From Dictyostelium discoideum (lineage: Eukaryota): DNA of 64,000 nt. The stretch covers positions 7,424,001-7,488,000 of the forward strand of contig CM000151.3 in the NCBI GenBank assembly GCA_000004695.1. Direction: 5' to 3'. The notes below the pieces were generated by a model that was not told the origin of the DNA, searched no databases, and was given only the letters and a program-made list of their open reading frames with translations. The position numbers were made by a program, and so were the translations under genes. This document shows positions 11,750 to 23,613 of the stretch, one piece after another. Numbering within the stretch: position 1 is the first letter of the stretch; each line of letters starts with the position of its first letter.

Positions 11750-13461
11750 TTATGAAAAAGTAAAGTGTCGTGGGTTTTTAGTTTTGAGGTTGATGGCATA
11801 CCAAAAACGATAGTAGAATTAATAATGAATCTATTAAAAGAAACAACGAATAAGATCAAGATAAATGACTTCCTGGTGGGACACATTACAGTTAACAGAG
11901 GCACAAAACAAGGAGATCCATTATCACCAACAATATTTGCACTTGTAATGGAAGCACTACTAATTGATATACTTAAAGAAATCGAAATTAAAGGATTTAA
12001 ATTATCAGACCAGAAAAGAATCAAGCTAACAGCATTCGCAGATGATATGTCAACTTTCAACAACTCAGCAGAAGAATTAAAATTAGTATTGGATAAAATC
12101 AACAACTACTGTCTAGGTACATCTTCAAAACTTAATCAAGAGAAAACTGTTATGATATGCATTGGTAATATACCACCAAACCTCCCATTTAAGATTAGTG
12201 AAGCTCCAGAAAGATACTTGGGTCTCAATTTCACGAAAGTGGGCCTCAATTCAAAAATCACATCAATCATCAACTCAATCAAAGATAGCTTAAACAATTG
12301 GAAAAGTCAAGCAACTACAATAAGAGCAAAGATGACAATTGTCAAAACATATGCGCTATCGAGATTATCCTACCATCAATATCTAGACTCACTAAATGAA
12401 TCACACATTACTGAACTAAACAATATCATTAAATGGTTCCTCTTCTCCGCAATTAAAAATACATACACAGAAGAACATAAATATAGAACATTAATGACAA
12501 TGGATAGAGCATACGGTGATTGGAAAGAAGGTGGAATTAAGATGTGGGACTTAGGTATCAGACAAATAGCATTCAAAGTTTGGAACATGAATAGATTATT
12601 ACACATTATCAAGATAAAAGCATGCAACATACTACAAGAATGGTATATGGAACAAATCAGCAACAGCAAATATATATCAATTGGATTAAGAGAGATGGTA
12701 GACAGATGGAAAGATTTTAGAAACAACTTTGCACCACAACACAATAAACTAAAATCACTACCTGATTGTATCAAAGGTCAAAACAAAAAGCCACTTCAAC
12801 TTAAAGAAATCTATAACATGTTAATCACTCACAAATACAAATCAATAAGAAAAACAGATGGACAAAAAAATCTAATTTCAATAAATAACATCAACATACC
12901 ATCCATCTTCCAACATATCAACCACATATCACATCAAAAAGGTAGAAATACACTATTCAGATTTTTCTCAAGGTCACTTCCTGGAATCAACTATGAACGT
13001 AACGTACCATGCAAAATCTGTAACAATATAATCCGTGACCCATACACTCACCTTTTTATAGACTGTATGCAAGTAAAAGAAATAGAAAACATAATAATTT
13101 CAACATTCAACAATCTCTCATTCTTCAAGATCAGAAATTGGGATCTCAATTCACTAGATATTAGCAAAACAAATAAAAAAGAAAGAATCTACCCAAATTT
13201 AATCGGCATAATTATACATCAACTATGGAGAATAATTTGTCACAAACTATTCAATCAAGACGAATCTAAAACTCCACCCTCATTTGATCCAACATTAATT
13301 GAAAAAGAACTAACCAACTTAATTAAAATAGAGAAATTCATTTTAATAAAGAAGATTGAAAGGAATGAAACAATATACAAATTAAATAACAGAGACCAAT
13401 TAATAATCAACTTCAACACATCATGGCATAACCCGAACACTCCAAACCCAATTCCACTATA

Positions 13462-13500
<39 letters not shown>

Positions 13501-13637
13501 AAGTAGTAGTAATCATAATATAACCAAAAATATCAACATATAACAATATAAAAATTTAAAAATTTAAAAATCTAAAAATTTAAAAATGTAATAAAATATA
13601 ACAATACACCGCTTTTAGGTAAAAAAAAAAAAAAAAA
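11750..13637 (+). mobile_element. TRE3-type retrotransposon, copy 2, 5'-truncated within the RT, inserted about 10-20 bp 3' of tRNA-Val
   Basis: ORF 11765..13462 carries RT motifs (..KQGDPLSPTIFALVMEAL.., FADDM) and the C-terminal Cys/His finger. Stop, A-tract, ~110 bp 3'UTR and terminal oligo(A) end at 13637. Confidence 0.75.
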
Positions 13638-14267
13638 AGTTTTGAGGTTGATTAATTCATTGATGTTGATGATGTCGGTGAGATACAACACAGCAATACC
13701 CAAAGTATTCATAAACATCAACAGCATTTCTCACCAAAAAGGTAGAAACACCCTCTTCAGATTCTTCTCAAGATCACTTCCAGGTATCAACCACGAAAGA
13801 GACACCAGATGCAAGATCTGTGGCCACCTATTCAGAGACCCTTATTCTCACCTCTTCACTCTATGCCAAGATATCCTTGATATTGAAAAAACCATCATAT
13901 CAACAGTTAACAAATTATCATTCATCAAAATCCACAGATGGTCAATGGATACCTTAGACATATCAAAATACAACAGAACTGAGAGAATCTTCCCCAATCT
14001 CATAGGAATAATAGCACACCAATTATGGAAGATAATCTGTCACAAATTGTTCAACACTGATGAAAGCAAACCAGAGCCAAAATTCGAACAAAAGGTCATA
14101 GAAACAGAATTACTAAATCTCATCGAAACTGAAAAATTCATCACACTAAAGAAAATCAAACACGACGAAGCAATACTAAAAAACACCAATCAAGATCTTC
14201 ACAAATACAAATTCAACAAAGCCTGGCAAACCCCAGCAGCTCCGAACCCTCTTCCAATTTAAGTAGT

Positions 14268-14326
<59 letters not shown>

Positions 14327-14457
14327 TATAATATAGTTTAAAAAATTTAATACAATTGAATAATAAAAATAAAACCGTTTAACAAACACAGCCGAAAAGA
14401 CACAAGGACATTCCTTGAAGGTCTGATCACAGGTAAAAAAAAAAAAAAAAAATTGAT
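13638..14457 (+). mobile_element. TRE3 fragment 3 (C-terminal ORF2 plus 3'UTR), abutting copy 2 head-to-tail
   Basis: ORF 13642..14262 is homologous to 12900-13462 (ISHQKGRNTLFRFFSRSLPGIN...CKIC...DPY.HLF). A-tract, UTR and oligo(A) run to 14457. It starts with the same 13-mer gttttgaggttga as copy 2. Confidence 0.7.
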
Positions 14458-14499
14458 GTTGATGATGTTGTCTATGATGAATCTGTGGGGTACGAAACC

Positions 14500-15340
14500 A
14501 GTTTGGTTGTTGTTGATGATGAAAGGAAGTATTCTCAGAAGACGTGCATTTATTACTTTTGAGGATCTTGTAATCAGTGTTTAGAAGTGTGATGGGACGA
14601 CGATTTGATATGAGTAAGGGGTTGCCTTTCTTATATATTGTGTGTATAAGACCTTCGGTGAATTCTGTTGTGATGTGGTGAGGGTTTTCTAGTATATCGT
14701 TGAATAATGTAGTGAGAATTGGTTTAACTTGGTTTAAATGATTAATGTAGAATGTATTTGTAACGCCACCTGGACGGGGTGATTTGTTGGAGTTACAGGT
14801 TTTAATTGCAGCTTCAACTTCATCTTGTATAAATGGTGAGTCTAAACCATTCCAATAATCATTTTTAATGATGGGCCATGTGTTTAGCATGTATTGGTGA
14901 GTAATTGGACAACATATTTGTAAGGTATATAGATTTGTGTAGAATTCAACAAACGCATTTTCAATTTGGTCGGGGTCGGATGTAATGATGTTACCATATT
15001 GGATTGATTCAATTTTTGCATCTTTTGATCTTTTGTTTAGTATTGCTGATAGATACTTGCTAGGTATTTCTCCATTTATATGTTTTTTTAATATGTTTGT
15101 GTGGTTTTGATGTAGTTTGTTTTTGTTACATATAATATTGTATTCAGGGATGCATTGTCCTTCAAGATGTTTGAATTTTGCTGCTTTTTCTAATAGTATT
15201 TGTTTTGCACGTTGAGTTTGTTTGTCTTTGTTATATTGATAGTTTTTTAGAGTTTTAATAATTTTAGATTTTACTTTTGACCAATTTGTAAATTGATTGA
15301 TTGATGTGTTATTGTGATAATATTCCACTACCACCAACAC
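14500..15340 (-). mobile_element. TRE3 fragment in inverted orientation (APE end and N-terminal RT region)
   Basis: Minus-strand ORF 14213..15340. Its real part (about 14540-15340) reads ..KSPRPGGVTNTFYINHL..NPHHIT..RRPITLLNTDYKILK, parallel to copy 1 residues SPGPDGIPNLFY..NRRPITLANCIYKIHS. The 3' portion of the listed ORF is junk read through neighbouring A/T tracts. Confidence 0.6.
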
Positions 15341-15479
15341 TCAAAGAAATCTACTCGACAATACTCAACAATCACAATGTAAATCAAAGACTATAAAGGC
15401 AAGAAATATACAGATCTACTCCTTCGCACCAACAATCAATACAACTATTATGGAAATACACATGCACCAACTATTTGTC

Positions 15480-15855
15480 AAAATTCAAAAATTAAAAGAT
15501 CCATAAGGCCGTGATACAATGCAAAGATTCCATGCTAGATGTCTTCCAATTAATCATCTACACAACAAAGTTTGCCCCATTTGCAACAATGAAATGAATA
15601 ATGATCCCTATGGCCATTTGTTTTTCAATTGTCAGTACACAATCAATTTCATAAACCATGACAAATTAAAATATTTTATATATAAAAATTGCAATGGAAA
15701 CAAAAACTGGTCATTAACAAAAAACAAAACAACAAAATTATCAAATTTTAGAGTATTAATTTATATAAAAAAAACTTTTGTTTTAAAAGTCGATTATTAA
15801 AAAAAAAAAAAAACATAAATGATTATACCTTGGAAAAAAAAAAAATAAAAAAAAG
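15480..15855 (+). mobile_element. TRE3 3' terminal fragment (Cys/His finger, UTR, oligo-A)
   Basis: ORF 15519..15800: FHARCLPINHLHNKVCPICNNEMNNDPYGHLFFNC, homologous to the ORF2 C-terminus of copy 1, followed by A-rich tails. Confidence 0.6.
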
Positions 15856-15873
15856 ATGTACAAATCTATGGTT

Positions 15874-18800
15874 TTATTTTAAAGTGGAGGGGAAATAATT
15901 TGTTCTTTGATTGGTAACAACGGCAATCAAATTTTCATTGACACCTGATGTGGATTTTGAAATTGCACAAGTTAAGAAATGACAAAATTTACATTTAAAT
16001 AAATTCCAATCATTGTTTTGTTGTATGTTTTGATTTTGCTGTTGTTGTTGTTGTTGCTTTGATTTACTATTATTTGAATTATTATTATTATTATTATTAA
16101 TATTATTACTGTTATTATTATAAACAATTTCAATTGAAGATCTTTCATAATCACCAACAACATTAATAATATTAGTATAACCCCAAGCTAAATAATTTAA
16201 ATTATTATATCCATGAAGTTTTTTCATATCACCTAAAAAGTTTGAACAACCGATTATATGATTTGGACAATCCAAATCAGAGCCAGGAGTGCAACAACAT
16301 TTTTTTGGGTTTGAGTATTTTCTATTATCGAATGGAGTTAACAAAGTGAAAGAACAAGCACCACAAAGACATTGAAAAAGGGTTGAATTTGTTTCACCAC
16401 CTCCCCATTCAGAGAGACCTTTAAAGTTTCTTCTTTGTTTACCCCAACGACAAAGTTGTTCAACGAAACCAGTATTTGGAGAGATAATGTAACGACAATC
16501 TCTAACGAGAATGAATGCTTCAAAATAACTAATGGAACGTGAATCCATAAAGTAACCAATTGCCAAGGCAGATGAACGAGAAACACCTTTATCAGAGCAA
16601 ATTAAAACTTTACCATGATGAACGATAGCATCACGAATGAAATCAAAAGCCAATGATAATGATTGAGTGATATCTTGATGAGGTTGGTCATGAAGTTGTA
16701 AATGAAGATACTCGAAATGGTCTGGGAAAGCATTTGGAGAACCAGTGCAATTGATAATATGAGTGATTTGATATTCATTGATTAACATGTTTTTATTCAT
16801 TGAGGGATTAAAAGAGGAGATATACATAAACGAGGCAACTTTTGATGGTCTATCCATATAGAAACGATGTTCAGGAAACTCTGCAGCTTCATAGGGCATT
16901 TCCAAAGTTGATTTATCTCCATCTACCATTAGACTACCCACTTTGATTGGATTATTAGCATTGTAACTATGTGGCAAGAAACGACCTGGAGTATAGTGAC
17001 CAGTGAATTTAATACTCTTTGCCTTATAGCTTGTACCATCACCACCATTATAGTATTGTTTTGGTTTCTCGACGGTATTCATTTGATTTGACATATGACC
17101 ATCTAATTTCTTTTTCAATTGTTCCCATTGTGATAGGATGGTTGGTTTAATTGCAATGAATTTAGTTAACAAATCTCTTAGAGTTGGACGATAGAAAGGA
17201 TCACGAATGAATACATAATCCAAATAATCTAAAATGGCAGGAATATTTGCAACCTTTGATTTTCTTTCGGGTGTAATAAGTTCTTGACCAGGTTGAGTGA
17301 CACGAATAAAGAATTTAACCCAATCATCGTCGTAAAAGAGAAAATCACCAGTTAACAATTCATAGAAAAGACAACCCAATGACCAAACATCACTTGCAGT
17401 ATTTGAACCAACTTTTTTACGTCTATCAAAATTTTCACGAGTCTTTTGAGAAGCGTATGCAATTGTGAGCATTTCTGGTGATTTTATAAACTCGGTACCA
17501 CGATTTCTAGTTGTATAACCTTCTACGTCTTGAGTGTAAACTTTAGCTTCACCCCAATCGGCTAAACAAACTGCAAAGTTTGGATCATTGGTTGGTTGAT
17601 TCCAAAAGTCCTCTTCTATGGTACCTTTTTTCAATGGATGTACCAAAAAGTTATCACATTTAATATCGAAATGATTGATTTTATGATCACCTAAAAATTG
17701 AACACTTTGAAGTACATTGGTAAATATATTTAAAAGTAGTGGTAATAATTCTAAAAATGGTAAAGTTTGTTTTAATCTCCACTCTTTTAGACTACATTTA
17801 TAAGATTTCATTACTATCCAATAGTTTTCACCATCGACACCATAATCAAACATATGACAACCTCTTGAATCACTTCTAAATGTATCCATAATTAAAATCT
17901 CTGTGAAAATATCATAAAGTACACAACGGTCATGAATTGTTTTTGGAACAGGCATTAGTTTTACAGCGATTTCCAAACCTTCATCATTACCCAATGTACC
18001 TTTGTACACTGTACCATAGGCACCCTTTGCAACACGTTTTAAATCTTTAAAAAGATTGGAATGATATAGTCTACTAAAGAGTAACTTTAAAATTCTAAAA
18101 TGATTTGGACCCATTTCATGAGTTCTCTTTGTTAACTCTGGTATGATCTTCTCATTATCTTGATGATTAATATGTAAATGAAGAATGAAAGGTACATTCA
18201 ATTTCTTTGCAACAATTGGGAATTGATCGGAATAAAGATGTTCAAGAGTTTGGTTTGAATTTAATAATAAACTGAAAATTAATTGAAGTAATGAAATATG
18301 TAAATCCCTATCATGATAGAGTTTACGATTATTTCTCTCCAATTGATAACGTTGATTTTCATTGAAAATTTCATTTTCTGTTGGTTCAATCATTTGTTCA
18401 CTATCACGATCAGATGGTGTTAACGATTGTGATGGATTATCCAATACCAATTGAAATTTAGGATCTTGTGGATCAATCTTTTGTTCAATTGATGATAATA
18501 CACCAGTACCAGCTTGTTTAGTATCTTCTTCTGATCTAATTTTAATTGCTGGTAATACTAATTTTGGTATTAAAATTGGTGGTTTTGAACTTGAAATATT
18601 AATTGGACTATTTGATAATTTTGGTAAATTTATTTCATTGTTGTTGGAAGCAATAGTATTATTACTATTATTTATTGGTGGTGGTGTTGTTGTAGTTGTT
18701 GTTGTTGTTGTTGAACCTCCTTTACTTATTGATCCTAAATTTAATGATTTAATTATTGGTTTTGATATTGGTTGGTTTGGTTGTGATGGTGGTACAGTTT

Positions 18801-19761
18801 CAGTTGATGATGAACTTTTACTTAATGATGATAAATTTAAAGAAAATTGTGGTTTTCCTGTTGGTGTTGTAGTAGTTGTTGTTGTTGTTGAGTTGCTATT
18901 GTTAGTGGTTGTTGGAATATTTTTTAAATTTAAAAGATTTGGTGTTGAAGTTGATGCTTGTCCAGTTTTACTAACTGATGATAAGTTCAATGAGAATTTT
19001 GGTTTGGGTGGAGCAGGTAATGGTGGTTCTGTGGAAACAGATCCTATAGTTGTAGTTGTAGTTGATGTTGATGTTGATGATGTAGAATCTATTATTGTTG
19101 AGGCTGGAACTGTTGTAAGTGATGTTGTAGTTGAATTTGATGATGATGATGATGATGATATAGTTGTTGTAGTTAAATTTGATGATGAAGTTGAAGCTGG
19201 AGAACCTTTACTTATAGATGATAAATTCAAAGAGAATTTTGGTTTAATTAGAGGATTTGAAGAAACTCCTGTAGTTGGTGGAGTAGATGCCAAAGTTGAT
19301 GGAGTGGATATCAAAGTTGATGGTGATGATGTTGAAGAACCACTATCAATTTTAGGTTGAAGTGATAATTTTGGAATTACAGGAGGTGAACTTGTATTAT
19401 TGTTGTTACTACTATTGTCGGTTTTAGTGATTCCACTTAAATTTAAACCAAGATTTAATTTTGTACCTGGTGTAGCTAATTTAGGAATGGTAGGTGGACC
19501 ACCAGTTTTAATTGGTGTTGTAGAATTTGTGTTTGTAGTTGTAGTTGTTTTAGTTGTAGTAGTAGTTGTTGTTGTTGTTGTTGTTGATAATGATAATGAA
19601 GATGAAGTTGAGGAAGAGGATGATGTATCATCTGAACTATTTGCAAAAAATGGAATTGATGATAATGGTTTTAAAAATTGATCTTTATTTTGTTTTATTT
19701 CATATTCCAAATTAACTTCTCTAACTAAGAAATCCATTGTTCTTAATTGATAAAATTTCAT
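15874..19761 (-). CDS. Large protein (1295 aa) with an N-terminal S/T/P-rich mucin-like region, a eukaryotic protein kinase domain, a dual-specificity-phosphatase-like domain, and a C-terminal Cys-rich, poly-N/Q tail
   Basis: ATG at 19761. Kinase motifs: glycine loop AKGAYGTVYKG, lysine IAVKLM, catalytic HFDIKCDNFLV, DWG (in place of DFG), SPE. Phosphatase-like P-loop VHHGKVLICSDKGVSRSSA, which is C-x6-R rather than the canonical C-x5-R. Confidence 0.75.
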   Translation of the reverse strand: MKFYQLRTMDFLVREVNLEYEIKQNKDQFLKPLSSIPFFANSSDDTSSSSSTSSSLSLSTTTTTTTTTTTKTTTTTNTNSTTPIKTGGPPTIPKLATPGTKLNLGLNLSGITKTDNSSNNNNTSSPPVIPKLSLQPKIDSGSSTSSPSTLISTPSTLASTPPTTGVSSNPLIKPKFSLNLSSISKGSPASTSSSNLTTTTISSSSSSSNSTTTSLTTVPASTIIDSTSSTSTSTTTTTIGSVSTEPPLPAPPKPKFSLNLSSVSKTGQASTSTPNLLNLKNIPTTTNNSNSTTTTTTTTPTGKPQFSLNLSSLSKSSSSTETVPPSQPNQPISKPIIKSLNLGSISKGGSTTTTTTTTTPPPINNSNNTIASNNNEINLPKLSNSPINISSSKPPILIPKLVLPAIKIRSEEDTKQAGTGVLSSIEQKIDPQDPKFQLVLDNPSQSLTPSDRDSEQMIEPTENEIFNENQRYQLERNNRKLYHDRDLHISLLQLIFSLLLNSNQTLEHLYSDQFPIVAKKLNVPFILHLHINHQDNEKIIPELTKRTHEMGPNHFRILKLLFSRLYHSNLFKDLKRVAKGAYGTVYKGTLGNDEGLEIAVKLMPVPKTIHDRCVLYDIFTEILIMDTFRSDSRGCHMFDYGVDGENYWIVMKSYKCSLKEWRLKQTLPFLELLPLLLNIFTNVLQSVQFLGDHKINHFDIKCDNFLVHPLKKGTIEEDFWNQPTNDPNFAVCLADWGEAKVYTQDVEGYTTRNRGTEFIKSPEMLTIAYASQKTRENFDRRKKVGSNTASDVWSLGCLFYELLTGDFLFYDDDWVKFFIRVTQPGQELITPERKSKVANIPAILDYLDYVFIRDPFYRPTLRDLLTKFIAIKPTILSQWEQLKKKLDGHMSNQMNTVEKPKQYYNGGDGTSYKAKSIKFTGHYTPGRFLPHSYNANNPIKVGSLMVDGDKSTLEMPYEAAEFPEHRFYMDRPSKVASFMYISSFNPSMNKNMLINEYQITHIINCTGSPNAFPDHFEYLHLQLHDQPHQDITQSLSLAFDFIRDAIVHHGKVLICSDKGVSRSSALAIGYFMDSRSISYFEAFILVRDCRYIISPNTGFVEQLCRWGKQRRNFKGLSEWGGGETNSTLFQCLCGACSFTLLTPFDNRKYSNPKKCCCTPGSDLDCPNHIIGCSNFLGDMKKLHGYNNLNYLAWGYTNIINVVGDYERSSIEIVYNNNSNNINNNNNNNSNNSKSKQQQQQQQNQNIQQNNDWNLFKCKFCHFLTCAISKSTSGVNENLIAVVTNQRTNYFPSTLK

Positions 19762-19855
19762 TGATATCTTATCATTTTTACTTTATTAAAAATAATAATT
19801 ATTAGTATGTTTGAAGACAGAGAAAAAAAAATAATAATAATAATAATAATTTTAC

Positions 19856-20335
19856 TTACTTTACAGAAAAAGAAATTAAAATATTTAAAAATAATCTACA
19901 TAATGTTAAAGTTGCTTGATCAAAAATATAATTATTATATAATTTAATGAAACTTATATAAATATAACTAATATATGAATCAATATATAATTTCTTTTTA
20001 GTGAATGGATTCTTTTTGAAAAGGAAAACATGATTTAAAAATTTAAGCATTTGTTTCTTTACATTAAAATGAGTAAAGAAATTGTTTGATTGTAAAAATG
20101 GTAAAATTACACCATTCCCTTGTGGTAATAATAAAAATTCCATTTTTTTTAATAAATCTGGTATTTCATTTTCATTTGTTGTTGTTGTTGTTGAATTAGT
20201 TCCTGTTGTTGTTGATGATGTTGATGTTGATGTTGGATTAGTTCCTGCTGTTGTTGTTGATGATGAATTTGTTTGACTTGAAGTTGGTGTATTTAAATTA
20301 TTTGCTAAATTACCACTACTTCCACTATTATTTGA

Positions 20336-20413
<78 letters not shown>

Positions 20414-22433
20414 TATATTATTTATATTATTATTATTACAATTATGTTGATTATATAATTTATTTTCTTGTTGTTTTTTAAATTTAAATTTTAACATTTT
20501 AACACAAATTGAAAAATGTTTAATTGAACGACAACGAAATTCAGTTAAACGAATTTTATTTTGATCATTTGGATAACATTTTGAGAATTCTCTTTCGATT
20601 GATTCATTTGTAAGAATTTGAATTGTATATTGTTTAATGAATTGAAAAGTTTCATCACGTTCTAAAAATATTGAAATGAATAAATCATTGATTGGTGAAC
20701 TTTTATTTTGTTTAATGATTTCATCGAATACGGTCAATAGATAATGAATGATATGAATGTCTTTAACTCTATCCGATGTGATTGGACCACGAAATATACT
20801 ATGTTTTACTTTTAACAATGATTCAATACAAACGTCAACCACTTGAGATGAAAGAATTCTTGAGGGACAATTCTCCATATACTCTGAGAGTATGCAAAGT
20901 TGATATTCCATATCATCAAAGGTAAAAGTTTCCAACATATTTGAGATACTAGAATTGATTCTCCATAAGAGTAAATCCAATTTCTTTCTAAATGATGCTT
21001 TTCTCTCTAACCCCATACCTTTGGTAACGTCCCTCCAACGATTACGATGAATATACTCTACATAATCTGACCAATGACTTGCCAATTTATAAAACAAGGT
21101 TAAATGATCCTTATCAGATGGAATGATACCTTTGTGAAGTAATATCGATTCAGAGTATAATATGTTTATTGGGTTATTACCATACTGTAACAACATTAAA
21201 TTATTTGATGTCGATGAGATCAATGTCTTTAGAATATTACATCTAACTTTGTATAGATTTAACTCTGAAAATGAAGATTGTTGTTGATTTACCATTGATA
21301 ATGCTGCTGTGTTTTTACTTGAAATCGGTGGTATATCATATCTTCTTGAAGGTATTGAACGTTTTGATTGTTTGTGTGATTCAATTGCTTGTTTATATGA
21401 TATCAATGCTGTAAGATCTGCTGTCATATAGGTTTCACCCAATTTAATTGCTAAATCACTCAATTCTTTAGATGCACTAGTTTCAATTTTCAATTCACCT
21501 TGATGTGATCTTGTTGAATTGGATGCATCATCTCTTCTTCTACTTGATCTTGTATTTCTTGTACTATTTTCAACACGTACTGGTAAATTTAAACGTGGTA
21601 CAATTGATTTCGATATACCACCACCACCACTACCACCTCCACCACCACCACCAATTCCACCCATTGAAAGCATTGGAACTTTACTAATTGATCCACCACT
21701 AGTTGCACTATTTGGTGTATTATTTGGATGGATTTGATTTACATTATTATTATTTATACTATTTGATAATGGTAATGGTGGTACTCTTGATGTTATTGAT
21801 GGTGTTGATATCGTTGGTGTTGATATTGTTGTTGTTGTTGTTGTTGTTGCTGCCGCTGTTGAATTATTTGAATTTAAAGATGCTACAGTTGAAGAAATTA
21901 ATGGACTATCCATTGGGCTACTAGTATTACTATCATTATTATTATTATTATTATTGCCTCTATTTCTATTAAATAATGGTGGAGTTTGATATAAACTTGG
22001 ATTATGATAATGTAAACTTTGAATTTGACCAATTGAGGTTGGTTTTGGATTGTTTGATGGTGGATTGGTAGATGTTGAAATTGGTGATGTTACAGATGAT
22101 GGTAAATTTGGTGTTGGTGCTGGTGTTATATTTGTACTATTTACATTGTTATTATTATTTGTTATTGTAGATATTGGTGATAAAATTGAGGTTGGTGTTG
22201 TAACATCCCCACTCTTTGTATTTGATTGTTGTATTATTGTATTATTATTATTATTACTAGTAGTTGATTGTTGATGTTGTTGAAAAAGTGGTGGTCTTGG
22301 TATTGGTACACTTGTTAATAAATTCTCAAAAGTGAAACCTTGTGGTGGAGGTGGTGGTACACCATCATCCCAACAAGGTATCTGTATGGATTGAAATTCA
22401 TGTATATTAAGTTTTTGTTGCTGTTGTTGCTGC

Positions 22434-22520
<87 letters not shown>

Positions 22521-23353
22521 GAATTTTGTTTTTGTTGTTGTTTTCCTAAAGTTTTTGTTGGTGAAGAATTTGAAGTAGTTGAAGATGTAGTTGATGCTGT
22601 AGATGCTGTTGTTGCAGATGATGACGATGATGATGACGATGATTGTAAAGGACTTGATGTTGATGTTGGTATAGATGATGATGAATTTGATAATTGCTGT
22701 TGTGATTGTTGCACAACTGGTGTTGAATTTATATGTATAGAAGGATCAACTTTAAATTTTATATTTGATAAAGCTAATGAACATTTATAATAAATTTCTA
22801 ATAATTTTGGTATGCATAAATCTTCAATAAAAATCTTTAATTTTTTTATTAATACAAAATTACTTTTTTTTTTTTTTTTGTTGTTTTTTTATTTTAATTA
22901 AAATACATACAGATCTTAAAGGATAAAAAGAAATAATTTTTGTTAAGACATCAGAAATACCAATACATTCAATGTCATTATAAAGATGAGAAATGATTTG
23001 TTTACAAAATAAACGTGATGCATCATGTGAATTATCGATGAGTTGTTGGCAAATCTCTATGATTACATCATTTTTTATAGAGTTTTTACCACAATAACAT
23101 AGACATTGTATTAATATTGTTATACCACCTTGAGTTATACAATGATTCTTTTCTGTACTATCCAATAATTTTATCTTTTCTTTTAAAACAATTAATGATT
23201 CTAATAGTTGATTACTTCTTTCATTTGATTCATGATTATGTGTTGTTGATGTTGTTGTTGTTGTTGTGGTGGTGGTGGTGGTTGTTGTAGTTAATGATGA
23301 TGTTGATACATTATTCTTTGATTTAATTAAAATATTTAAAGATGAGAATAACT

Positions 23354-23387
<34 letters not shown>

Positions 23388-23613
23388 ATAGAAAAAATAA
23401 AAAGAAAAGGAAAAAAGTTTGAAATTTGGGGGGTTAATGTTTCCTATTATTTTTTTTTTTATTTTTTTTTTTAATTCTATCTTTTTATTTTTTTTTTTTT
23501 TTAATAAAAAAATTTTAAACATAATATCTTACATCTTCAATATCAAGCATATACTGTTTTTGTTTATGTGGTGTAATTGAAAGTGCACGATGCTTTCTAG
23601 ATCTTTCCATCAT
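19856..23613 (-). CDS. Poly-Q/N-rich protein. Main ORF 19856..22888 (the listed 22714 start is GTG). Probable upstream exons 22864..23351 and 23533..23613 (ATG), but the two ORFs sit in different frames across a (T)16 run.
   Basis: The minus-strand ORF stays open in frame upstream of 22714 to about 22888. A second minus ORF (23351..22864, ..GGITILIQCLCYCGKNSIKND.., ARM/HEAT-like) ends with TAA inside the T-run 22864-22879. No splice acceptor restores the frame. Candidate first exon MMERSRKHRALSITPHKQKQYMLDIED with GTAAGA donor at 23532 and acceptor ..ccag|ttattc at 23352. Confidence 0.4.

Noticed and set aside
18638-19681. Plus-strand ORFs 18638..19360 and 19400..19681 (poly-V/D/E) overlapping the minus-strand kinase gene
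   Set aside because: They are antisense read-through of codon-repeat DNA (S/T/N tracts of the real gene). They have no start context and no domains, and they overlap a well-supported CDS on the opposite strand.
22714-23165. ORF-track 'M' starts at 22714 (GTG), 23165 (TTG), 35991 (TTG), 44816 (TTG) and 50351 (TTG)
   Set aside because: These are alternative-start artefacts of the ORF finder. In each case the frame stays open upstream and a spliced exon or true ATG lies further 5'.
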